Positions 32,592 through 40,819 of a stretch of DNA of 64,000 nucleotides are shown piece after piece; positions within the stretch are counted from its first letter, which is position 1; each line of letters starts with the position of its first letter. The stretch spans positions 6,368,001 to 6,432,000 of the forward strand of contig JBKAGP010000001.1 in assembly GCA_046290465.1 (NCBI GenBank), given 5' to 3'. Source of the DNA: Planctomycetota bacterium (lineage in GTDB: Bacteria; Planctomycetota; UBA1135; UBA2386). The position numbers and the translations under genes are program-made. The notes under the pieces are model-generated. The model made no database searches. It was not told where the DNA came from and saw only the letters and a program-made list of their open reading frames with translations.

Positions 32592-33068
32592 ATGGAGCGG
32601 GCTTTCGACATCAGCGGGCGCTGGCGCGGGCACTACGAACAGGACGGCGGCAAGCACGGCATCAGCATGGAGGTCGCCCAGAGCGGTGGCAGCTTCGTCG
32701 GGCGCATGCGCGACGAGGACACCATGATGAGCGGCACGACGCGCATGCCGGTCGTCGACGAGCAGGGCGCCGAGGCCGGCGTGCTCGACCTCGAGACGAT
32801 GGGGGAGCTGCCCGAGTTCTCGATCGTCGAGGGCGACGTCGAGGGCGACCAGTTCGGCTTCGACAAGCGCTACGAGGGCACGCATACCGTGACCGCCTGG
32901 AACGAGGACGTCGTCGAGGCGCAGTTCGAGATCCAGGAGCATCGGGTCCGCTACGAGGGCCAGATCGCCGCCGACGGCTCGTGCCTGCGCGGCGAGTGGC
33001 GGATCCCGTGCGGTGACGAGGACGGTAACGGCGACGCGGTCGGCAGCTTCGAGCTGTTCCGGCAGTGA
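32592..33068 (+). CDS. Hypothetical beta-rich protein
   Basis: Typical codon bias, ISGRWRGHYEQ...FDKRYEG...YEG...LRGEW. No function assignable. Confidence 0.6.
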   Translation: MERAFDISGRWRGHYEQDGGKHGISMEVAQSGGSFVGRMRDEDTMMSGTTRMPVVDEQGAEAGVLDLETMGELPEFSIVEGDVEGDQFGFDKRYEGTHTVTAWNEDVVEAQFEIQEHRVRYEGQIAADGSCLRGEWRIPCGDEDGNGDAVGSFELFRQ

Positions 33069-33100
33069 CCCGGAACGGTCCTTCGGGTATGCACGGCGCG

Positions 33101-34912
33101 GTGACCCGCGATTTCGACGTGATCGTCGTCGGCGGTGGCCACGCCGGAGTCGAAGCCGCGACCGCAGCCGCCCGCACGGGCGCGCGCACGGCGATGATCG
33201 TGCTGGATCCGGCCGCCATCGGCCGCATGTCCTGCAACCCGGCCATCGGCGGCCTGGCCAAGGGGCAACTGGTGCGCGAGGTCGACGCGCTCGGCGGCGA
33301 GATGGGGGTGGTGACCGACGCGACCGGCATCCAGTTCCGCATGCTCAACACGAGCAAGGGGCCGGCGGTGCGCTCGCCGCGCGCGCAGTGCGACCGCGAC
33401 GCCTACAACCACGTGATGGCGAAGCGGGTGCTCGGCTACCCGAACGTCACCGTGCTCGGCGCCGAGGCGGTCGGCTTCGCGACCACGCGGGGCGGCACCG
33501 CGGTCGCCGGCGTCGAACTGCACGACGGCAGCGTGCTGGCGGCGCCGGCGGTGGTGCTGACGACCGGCACGTTCCTCGGCGGCAAGCTGTTCGCCGGCAG
33601 CATCGAAAGGGCCGGCGGCCGCCACGGCGAGCCGGCCGCGTCGCGCATCAGCGAGGCCCTGCGGCAGTTCGGCATCCGCCTCGGTCGGCACAAGACCGGC
33701 ACACCGCCGCGGCTGCGCAAGTCGACGATCGACTTCGAGGGCATGGAGATCCAGCCCGGCGACGACCCGCCGGTGCCGTTCTCGTTCCGCACCGAGCAGC
33801 TCGACGTCGAGCAGCTGCACTGCTGGACCACGCGCACCAACGCCCGGACGCACGAGATCATCCGCGCGCACGCGCACGAGTCGCCGATGTTCCGCGGCGC
33901 GATCGTCGGCACCGGCCCGCGGTACTGCCCGAGCGTCGAGGACAAGGTGGTGCGCTTCGCCGACCAGGACAGCCACCCGGTGTTCCTCGAGCCGGAGGGG
34001 CGCGATTCGGACGAGATCTACCCCAACGGCATCAGCACCAGCCTGCCGCCGAACGTGCAGATGGAGTTCCTGCGCACGATCCCCGGCCTCGAGAACGTCG
34101 AGCTGCTGCGGCCGGGCTACGCGGTCGAGTACGACTACATCCTGACCGAGCAGCTGCGCGGCGACTTGCACGTGGCGACGCTGCGAGGGCTGTTCGCGGC
34201 CGGCCAGATCAATGGCACCAGCGGCTACGAGGAGGCTGCCGGCCAGGGGCTGGTCGCCGGCCTCAACGCCGCGCGCTACAGCCGCGGGGAGGACCCGGTC
34301 GTGATCGACCGCGCCACCGGCTACCTCGGCGTGATGATCGACGACCTGTGCCGCGTCAACCCGGACGAGCCGTATCGGATGTTCACCAGCCGCGCCGAGT
34401 TCCGGCTGCTGCTGCGCAGCGACAACGCCGACCGTCGGCTGACGCCGCTCGGCGAGCAGTGGGGGATCGTCTCGTCGGACCTCGCCGACCGGGCGCGCCA
34501 GAAGGAGGCCAACATCCGTGCGGCGAAGAAGTGGCTCGACCAGACGCGGCGCGACGACGGCAAGACGTTGACCGAGTGGCTGCGGCGACCGGAGATCGGC
34601 GTCCCCGACGTGCTGGCGTGCGACGAGACGTTCGCCGGCATGCAGCTGACGCCGGCCGAGCTGGCCGAGGTCGAGGCCGAGGTCAAGTACGAGGGCTACA
34701 TCAAGCGCCAGGCGATGGAGGTCGAGCGGCTGCAGCGGCTCGAGTCCCGGCGGATCCCCGAGCGCTTCGACTACGACCGGGTCACCGGGCTGAGCGCCGA
34801 GGCGCGCGCCCGCCTCGAGCAGCGGCGGCCGTTGACGCTCGGCGAGGCCTCGCGCGTCGCCGGGGTCCGCCAGGCGGACGTGCAGCTGCTGCTGGTCGTT
34901 TTGAGTCGCTGA
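33101..34912 (+). CDS. mnmG: tRNA uridine-5-carboxymethylaminomethyl modification enzyme
   Basis: VVGGGHAGVEAA, MSCNPAIGGLAKG, KGPAV, KTGTPPR, GPRYCPSVEDK, AGQINGTSGYEEAAGQG, EPYRMFTSRAE. Confidence 0.97.
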   Translation: MTRDFDVIVVGGGHAGVEAATAAARTGARTAMIVLDPAAIGRMSCNPAIGGLAKGQLVREVDALGGEMGVVTDATGIQFRMLNTSKGPAVRSPRAQCDRDAYNHVMAKRVLGYPNVTVLGAEAVGFATTRGGTAVAGVELHDGSVLAAPAVVLTTGTFLGGKLFAGSIERAGGRHGEPAASRISEALRQFGIRLGRHKTGTPPRLRKSTIDFEGMEIQPGDDPPVPFSFRTEQLDVEQLHCWTTRTNARTHEIIRAHAHESPMFRGAIVGTGPRYCPSVEDKVVRFADQDSHPVFLEPEGRDSDEIYPNGISTSLPPNVQMEFLRTIPGLENVELLRPGYAVEYDYILTEQLRGDLHVATLRGLFAAGQINGTSGYEEAAGQGLVAGLNAARYSRGEDPVVIDRATGYLGVMIDDLCRVNPDEPYRMFTSRAEFRLLLRSDNADRRLTPLGEQWGIVSSDLADRARQKEANIRAAKKWLDQTRRDDGKTLTEWLRRPEIGVPDVLACDETFAGMQLTPAELAEVEAEVKYEGYIKRQAMEVERLQRLESRRIPERFDYDRVTGLSAEARARLEQRRPLTLGEASRVAGVRQADVQLLLVVLSR

Positions 34913-34999
34913 GTTACGGCCGTGGGGGCGGTCGCGGTGCCCGTCGGTGCCCGGGCGACGTTCCGCCAGCAGCGCAACGGGTGGCGACGTAGCAAGCCC

Positions 35000-36001
35000 A
35001 TGCGAAGGATCCTGCTCGTCCCGTTCTGCGCGCTGGCCCTGGTGGCCGCCGCGTTCGCCCAGAAGACCACCGATGCTGCCGCCGAGGCGCGCAGCGCCGC
35101 CGCTGCCGCCTGGAGCGCGCAGAAGTGGCAGGCCGCGTCGGCCAACTACCGCAAGGTCGTCGAGCACGATCCGAAGGACGGCCAGGCCTGGCATCGGCTC
35201 GGCTACGCGCTGCACGCCCAGGGGCGCCTCGACGAGGCGCTGCAGGCGCACGAACGCACGCTGGCCTTTCCGGCGTTCGCCCCGACCGGCGCTTACAACG
35301 CCGCGTGCGTCTACGCCCTCAAGGGCGACAAGGACAAGGCGTTCGAGTGGCTCGAGAAGTCGGTGCAGCGCGGCATGAACAACCCGCAGCAGTTCGCCGG
35401 TGACCGCGACCTCGACAGCCTGCGCGACGACCCGCGCTACGCCGCGGTGATCGCCAAGGTCAAGGAGAACGCCAGCAAGGAGCAGCTGCAGGTGTTCGCG
35501 CAGACGACCGAACGCAAGCGCAACCGCCTGGTCTGGTTCGCCAACAACCGTTCGCCGGGGCAGCTGTCGGTCGAGTACGGCGCCGTCCCGTGGCAGGCGA
35601 AGTTCGCGGCGATGGTCGACGACGAGAGCACGTTGGGCAGGAAGTGGCGCCTCGGCGCCGACTTCTGGACCTCGCTCGACACGTCGCTGCCGATGACCGT
35701 CGGCGGCACCGAGATCGCGCCGGGCTACTACTACCTGACGCTCGAGCGACGTGAGGGCGGCGCGTTCGTGCTGGCGCTGCACGACGCGGCCAAGGTCAAG
35801 CAGCGGAAGCTCGACGCGTTCGTCGCGCACCTGCTGAAGGGCGGCATCGAGGTGCCGATGCAGCACGAGGCCGGCGCCGACGTCGCCGAGCGCCTGTCGA
35901 TCGAGTTCGTGCTCGACGAGGGCCAGGACCGGGGCCACCTGCGCATCGCGTTCGGTCCGCACCGCCTCGCGGCCAAGGCGAAGGTCGAGCTCGGCCAGTA
36001 G
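35000..36001 (+). CDS. Exported TPR + DUF2911-like protein
   Basis: Signal peptide, TPRs (AWHRLGYAL, YNAACVYALKG), C-terminal SVEYG..W..WRLGADFWT..IAPGYYYL resembling DUF2911. Confidence 0.7.
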   Translation: MRRILLVPFCALALVAAAFAQKTTDAAAEARSAAAAAWSAQKWQAASANYRKVVEHDPKDGQAWHRLGYALHAQGRLDEALQAHERTLAFPAFAPTGAYNAACVYALKGDKDKAFEWLEKSVQRGMNNPQQFAGDRDLDSLRDDPRYAAVIAKVKENASKEQLQVFAQTTERKRNRLVWFANNRSPGQLSVEYGAVPWQAKFAAMVDDESTLGRKWRLGADFWTSLDTSLPMTVGGTEIAPGYYYLTLERREGGAFVLALHDAAKVKQRKLDAFVAHLLKGGIEVPMQHEAGADVAERLSIEFVLDEGQDRGHLRIAFGPHRLAAKAKVELGQ

Positions 36002-36028
36002 CGCATCGGCCAGTAGCGCATCGGCCAG
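35991..36028 (+). repeat. 15-bp tandem duplication (2.5 copies) across the stop codon
   Basis: tcggccagtagcgca tcggccagtagcgca tcggccag. Confidence 0.85.
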
Positions 36029-36049
36029 GGGCGACGGGCTGCGGCCCGA

Positions 36050-36652
36050 TCAGGCCAGCAGGTCGACGCGCGGGTCGCCGGCCTGCTGCTGCCGCCGCGC
36101 GGCGGCCGCATATTGCGCGGCCTTGGCCGCGACCGCGCGGTCCGGCCCCGACGGCGACGACGGTGCGTTGGCGGCGCGCTGCGCGCGCTCCATGTTGCGC
36201 ACGGTCTGCTCGGGCGTGTCGCCGCTCTGCAGGCGGATGTCGACCGAGCCACCGATGGCGTAGCGCTTGCCGTCGGGGCCGGTCTGGTAGGTGTAGGCGA
36301 CGCCGCCGACGGCGAGGTCTCCGGCTGCGGCCTGGTGGGCCTGTTCGTGGGCACGCACCTCGCGGTCGCGCGCCTCGAGTTCGCGCAGCATCTGCCGCTC
36401 GCCGTCGTCCAGGTCCCGCTCGTCGGCCGGCACCGCGAAGTCCTCGTCGCGTTGCTGCTGCGCGCGCTCCCGGCCGCGCAGGTTGCGGGCCGCCTCGCTG
36501 ATCGTCGCCACGTCGACGTCCGCCAGCGTCTTCGGCGTCGGCCCCGTCGCCGTCCGCGGTTCCCGGACCTGCGGCTGCAGCGCCGCCACGTCGGCTCGCC
36601 GATCGACGACCCGCAGGCCGAACACACCAGCCTGCAGCGTCGAGGCATTCAC
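36050..36652 (-). CDS. SprA-related family protein
   Basis: LEARDREVRAHEQAH, YTYQTGPDGKRYAIGGSV, AANAPSSPSGPDRAVAA. Start uncertain. Confidence 0.85.
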   Translation of the reverse strand: MNASTLQAGVFGLRVVDRRADVAALQPQVREPRTATGPTPKTLADVDVATISEAARNLRGRERAQQQRDEDFAVPADERDLDDGERQMLRELEARDREVRAHEQAHQAAAGDLAVGGVAYTYQTGPDGKRYAIGGSVDIRLQSGDTPEQTVRNMERAQRAANAPSSPSGPDRAVAAKAAQYAAAARRQQQAGDPRVDLLA

Positions 36653-36851
36653 CCCCGCGCTATCGGAACCCGACCTGACCGACCTCCCGTATGCCCACCA
36701 ACCCCCGCTGCCACCGACCGTTCCCGTCACCACATACGCAAGTCCGGTTCCGCAACGTCAGTTTTGCGAGCAGACCCTACGGACCGGCCCGGGGGGGGGC
36801 GGTGGTCGGGGCTGGTCCGACCGAACGGGGGGCGCCGTCGAGCGCCGGTCC

Positions 36852-37451
36852 CTACATCTGCAGCACGGCCTTGACGATCGCCTCGGTGTCGGCGTCGGGG
36901 CCTTGCTTCTTGCGGGCCTTGTCGACCTTGGTGCGCGCGTCGTTCTCCTTGAAGCCCAGCGTCACCAGCGCGGCGATCGCGTCGTCGTCGTCGCTCGTGG
37001 CGGTCGGCACCGGATCGGCCGCGTCGCCAGCGACCGGCGCGCCGAGGTCGAGCTTGGTGACGACCTCGCGCAGTTCGAGGCAGATGCGTTCGGCGGTCTT
37101 CTGGCCGACGCCCTTGACCGCCTTCAGCGCCGCGGCGTCGTCGGCCGCGATGCGCGCGGCGAGGTCGCGCGGCGTGTAGACGCTCAGCAGCGCCAGCGCG
37201 ATCGCCGGGCCGACGTTGGTCACCGCCAGCAGGCGCCGGGCGAGTTCGCGTTCGGCCTGCGTCGAGAAGCCGAGCAGCGACGGCGTGCCGTCGACGACGT
37301 TGAGGATCGTGAACAGCTTCTGCGTCTGCCCGACGGCCAGGTCACTGGCCGAGTTCAGGCTGACGCGAACGTCGTAGCCGACCCCCGCGCAGCGAACGAC
37401 CGCGCGCGAGGCGTGCTTCTCGACGATCTCTCCGAGGAGGTGGTCGTACAC
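36852..37451 (-). CDS. ruvA: Holliday junction branch migration protein RuvA
   Basis: GVGYDV, LLGF, HhH motifs VTNVGPAIAL and VKGVGQKTAERICLEL, C-terminal AIAALVTLGF. Confidence 0.93.
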   Translation of the reverse strand: MYDHLLGEIVEKHASRAVVRCAGVGYDVRVSLNSASDLAVGQTQKLFTILNVVDGTPSLLGFSTQAERELARRLLAVTNVGPAIALALLSVYTPRDLAARIAADDAAALKAVKGVGQKTAERICLELREVVTKLDLGAPVAGDAADPVPTATSDDDDAIAALVTLGFKENDARTKVDKARKKQGPDADTEAIVKAVLQM

Positions 37452-37466
37452 CTGGTGCGCCGTGCG

Positions 37467-38780
37467 TCAGCCGCGCAGCGACAGGCCGAACTCGTCGAGC
37501 TTCGTCTTGATCTCGTTGAGCGAGGTCTGGCCGAAGTTCGGGCACGCCAGCAGCTCGGCTTCCGTCTTGCCGGCGAGGTCGCCGATCGTGCGGATCTTGA
37601 GCAGGTCGACGATGCGGCGCGAACGCACCGACAGGTCGAGCTCGCTGATCGGGCGGCGCGCCGGGTCCGGGCTGTTCGGGTCGGCGACCTCTTCGGGCGC
37701 GGCCGGCGCGGCTTCGGCTTCGCCGAGGTCGCGGTGCATCAGCTCGTCGTTGGTCATGCCGAGGCGCAGACCCTTGTTCTTGAGGATCTCCTTGATCTCG
37801 GTCAGCGACGTCTCGCCGAAGTTCTTGTAGCTCAGCAGCTCGGCCTCGGTCTTCTTGACCAGGTCGCCGAGCGTGCGGATGTTCATCTTCGCGAGGCAGT
37901 TGCGCGACCGCACCGACAGCTCGAAGTCGTTGATCGGGGTGCGCAGGAGCTTGTTGCGCTTGTCGTCGCGGCGCTCCTGGTCCTCGTCGTAGTACATGTT
38001 CAGCGCGGCGGCTGCATCACGACGGTAGAGGCGCGCGCGCGCGTTGTCCGGGTGGGCCTGCAGCGCGAGGTCGAAGCACTGCATCGCGCGTCGGTAGTTG
38101 CCCATGTCCTCGTAGAGGATGCCGAGGTTGAGCACGCAGGCGATGTTGACCGGCGGCGACATCAGCGAACGCTCGTAGAGTTCGCGCGCCTCCTCGTCCT
38201 CACCGCGAAGGTCGACGTTGAGCGCCAGGCGAAACAGCGCCTGCTTGTGGTCCTCTTCCTGCGAGAGCACCTCGTCGTAGCATGCGATCGCGCCCTCGAC
38301 GTCGCGCTCCATCTCGGCGACGCGACCCCGGAAGTAGGTCTGCTCCATCGCCGGCAGCACGCCGCCGATCTTGGCGAACTGCTCGATCAGGTCGGTCGAG
38401 TTGTTCGCGTCGAGCGCGCGCAGCCAGACGATCGCCTGCTGGGCGTCGGTCTCGCGGTTCGTCAGCGTGGCCTGCACCTTGTCGAGCTGGCCGAGCGACG
38501 CGTAGCAGTCGGCGAGGCAGAGCCTGGCGACCTCGCTCTTCTCGTCGGCGAGCAGCGTGACGGCGTCTTCGTGACGGCCGAGGGCCCACATGGCGATACC
38601 GCGCGCCGCGCCCTGCGCGAGCGGGTGCGACAGCCAGTCACGCAGCTGCTCGAACGAATCCACCGTCCGGAACGCCGCCTTCCGGAAGGCCTCGAGCTTC
38701 TCGGGCGTCAGCTCGCCGGCGAGCATCGCGGTGGGGTCCAGCGTGGGCTGGGGTTCCGGGACCAGATCCGTTTCCGTCAT
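37467..38780 (-). CDS. TPR-repeat protein with two tandem RNA polymerase alpha-CTD domains
   Basis: Several TPRs (e.g. NLGILYEDMGNYRRAMQCF), then INDFELSVRSRNCL..KNFGETSLTEIK and ISELDLSVRSRRIV..PNFGQTSLNEIK. No alpha N-terminal domain, so it is not rpoA. Confidence 0.88.
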   Translation of the reverse strand: MTETDLVPEPQPTLDPTAMLAGELTPEKLEAFRKAAFRTVDSFEQLRDWLSHPLAQGAARGIAMWALGRHEDAVTLLADEKSEVARLCLADCYASLGQLDKVQATLTNRETDAQQAIVWLRALDANNSTDLIEQFAKIGGVLPAMEQTYFRGRVAEMERDVEGAIACYDEVLSQEEDHKQALFRLALNVDLRGEDEEARELYERSLMSPPVNIACVLNLGILYEDMGNYRRAMQCFDLALQAHPDNARARLYRRDAAAALNMYYDEDQERRDDKRNKLLRTPINDFELSVRSRNCLAKMNIRTLGDLVKKTEAELLSYKNFGETSLTEIKEILKNKGLRLGMTNDELMHRDLGEAEAAPAAPEEVADPNSPDPARRPISELDLSVRSRRIVDLLKIRTIGDLAGKTEAELLACPNFGQTSLNEIKTKLDEFGLSLRG

Positions 38781-38885
38781 CGTCGTGTTGCCACAGGGGT
38801 CGGCTCGACTGCCGTCATCATGCCGGCAGACCGAACGCGCTTCGGGGGGTCGGAGGAGTTCCCCGACCTCGAGAAAAGGCCGCAT

Positions 38886-38936
38886 AGCCTAGTGGGCGGC
38901 CCCCCGAATGGTCAAGAAATCGTATGGTCAAGAAAT
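38886..38936 (-). promoter_or_regulatory. Putative sigma-70 promoter with duplicated -35-containing 13-mer
   Basis: Minus strand TTGACC (38915-38910)-N18-TAGGCT (38891-38886). Exact direct repeat ATGGTCAAGAAAT at 38908-38920 and 38924-38936. Confidence 0.55.
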
Positions 38937-40208
38937 TGCAGGGCCGTTGGCCACGTCGGCGTAGACCCCGGCGAGTTCTTCGGCCATCGCGGCGAAGCCG
39001 CGGGCACGGCCGCGGCAGCCGGCGATGTACTTGCGGAGCAGCGAGCGATCCTCGGCCAGTTCGCGGATCGCCGCCGCCCAGGCCGGGGCGTCGCCGGGCG
39101 GCAGAACCCGGCCCTGGACCCGGTCCTCGACGGCGTCCTGCAGGCCGCCGACCCGGCTGACCAGCACCGGCCGCGCCGCCGCCAGCGCCTCGCGAACGGT
39201 CAGGCCGAACGCCTCGTGCCAGCGCGCCGGCGCCGCCAGCACGTCGATCGTCGCGATCCGGCCCGGCATCTCCGCGAGCGAGTAGGGACCGTGGTAGGTG
39301 ACGTTGGAGCCGGGCTGCAGCTTCATGAAGCACTTCGTCAGGAAGCTCTCGTCGCCGTGGTAGGGCACCGAGTTGCCGTGCACGTGCAGTTCGACCATGC
39401 CCGGCGGCAGCTGCAGCACGGCGTCGAGCAGCACGTCGAGGCCCTTGGACGGCATCAGCGTGCCGAAGTAGCCGAGCCGCAGCGGGCCGGGGCCGCCGGT
39501 GGGGGCCGGCAGCTGTTCTAGGTTGTCGGTGTCGACGCCGTTCTCGACCACCGTGAACCGCGACGCGGGCACGCCCAGCGCCGCGAACGGCGGGATCACG
39601 CGCGCGCTCGGCACGACCAGCCGCTGCGGGATGGCCAGGAACCCGCGCGCCCGCTCCTGCAGGTCCATGACCTGCCGGTGCGGTTCGTCCTGCAGCCACC
39701 ACGGGAACGTCTGCTTCAGGCACGGCCGGCAGCGCTCGACGTCGGCGGTCTCGCAGACCGAGCCGTCGTGGTGGAACATCTGGCCGCGCGGGCAGAACGT
39801 CCAGTAGTCGTGCAGCGTCAGCACGGTCGGGATCCCGGCGTCGCGCAGGGCGGCCAGCGAGTCGACCGACATGCCGGTCAGGTGGTGCACGTGGGCGACG
39901 TCGAACGCGACGCCGGCGTCCGTTCGCGCCTTTACGAACGCGGCGGTCGCGGCGGCCATCGGTTGGCACCGGTACATCGCCGCGAGCGAGTCGACGCCCT
40001 CCCAGCGGTAGGCGACCCGCCAGACGGTCGGATTGCCGTCCTGCTGCCGCTCGAACGTGCCCTGCGGCTTGCCCGGCAGATGCGCGCGGGCGAAGATCTC
40101 GACCTCGTGGCCCTGGGCGACCAGCGCCGCTGCCAGCCCGCTGACGTGCTGCTCGACCCCGCCGACGCTGTCGGGCGGCAAACCGTGGCTCAGCAGCAGG
40201 ATGCGCAT
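38928..40208 (-). CDS. Glycosyltransferase family 4 (GT-B)
   Basis: GGVEQH, LTLHDYWTFCPRG, NGVD, GTLMPSKG, EAFGLTVREALAAARPV. Confidence 0.9.
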   Translation of the reverse strand: MRILLLSHGLPPDSVGGVEQHVSGLAAALVAQGHEVEIFARAHLPGKPQGTFERQQDGNPTVWRVAYRWEGVDSLAAMYRCQPMAAATAAFVKARTDAGVAFDVAHVHHLTGMSVDSLAALRDAGIPTVLTLHDYWTFCPRGQMFHHDGSVCETADVERCRPCLKQTFPWWLQDEPHRQVMDLQERARGFLAIPQRLVVPSARVIPPFAALGVPASRFTVVENGVDTDNLEQLPAPTGGPGPLRLGYFGTLMPSKGLDVLLDAVLQLPPGMVELHVHGNSVPYHGDESFLTKCFMKLQPGSNVTYHGPYSLAEMPGRIATIDVLAAPARWHEAFGLTVREALAAARPVLVSRVGGLQDAVEDRVQGRVLPPGDAPAWAAAIRELAEDRSLLRKYIAGCRGRARGFAAMAEELAGVYADVANGPAIS

Positions 40209-40351
40209 GCCAAGACGATGCCCCGCGGCGGCGGCGATTCAACGGCTCGGCGAGGGCGGTTGCAGGTGGGGCGGGGCGGATCCCGATCTACGGTTGACGG
40301 GGGTTGTCGGGATCGCTAGCCTGCTTCGCCCTCCGAACCCGGACTACCGCC

Positions 40352-40486
40352 ATGAAGCTCAAGGTCACCAACTCCAAGACGAAGCGCGCCAAGAAGGTCG
40401 GCTTCCGCACGCGCAGCAAGACCGCCGGCGGCCGCAAGATCATCAAGCGCAAGATCAAGCGCAGCGGCAAGTTCCGCGTCGGATAG
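40352..40486 (+). CDS. rpmH: 50S ribosomal protein L34 (divergent)
   Basis: 44-aa very basic ORF MKLKVTNSKTKRAKKVGFRTRSKTAGGRKIIKRKIKRSGKFRVG matching the L34 pattern KRxxxxGFRxRxxTxxGRxxxxR. Confidence 0.85.
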   Translation: MKLKVTNSKTKRAKKVGFRTRSKTAGGRKIIKRKIKRSGKFRVG

Positions 40487-40819
40487 TCGGGAGGGCCGGC
40501 GGCGCTGGCTGCCCGGCCGCAGGTCTGTCCTGTCGTGCCCTACTCTGTCCTCGGCCACCGCTCGTCGGTCGGCCCCCCGACGGCTCCGTTGCCCACGTCG
40601 AGCCGCGCGGATCACGAAGATCCGCGCCACCATTCCGTCTTCGCCGAGGCTGCACCGCGCCGCACCGCGCCGCAGGCAGGACGTGCACGTTCGTCGGCGA
40701 GCCACGTCGGTTCGGCACACGCTGCGACCGATGGGCCTCCCGGCAGCGACCGTCTGGCCGAGGCGCGCGTCGCCCCGGTCGCTCCGGCTGCCGCTATGCT
40801 CGCGCGCGGAGGAATCCCG

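Noticed and set aside
35991..36028. 15-bp tandem repeat as a target-site duplication or att site
   Set aside because: The copies are directly adjacent with nothing inserted between them, which fits replication slippage.
37467..38780. Annotation as rpoA
   Set aside because: There is no alpha N-terminal dimerisation domain and no rpsM-rpsK-rpsD/rplQ context. TPRs replace the NTD.
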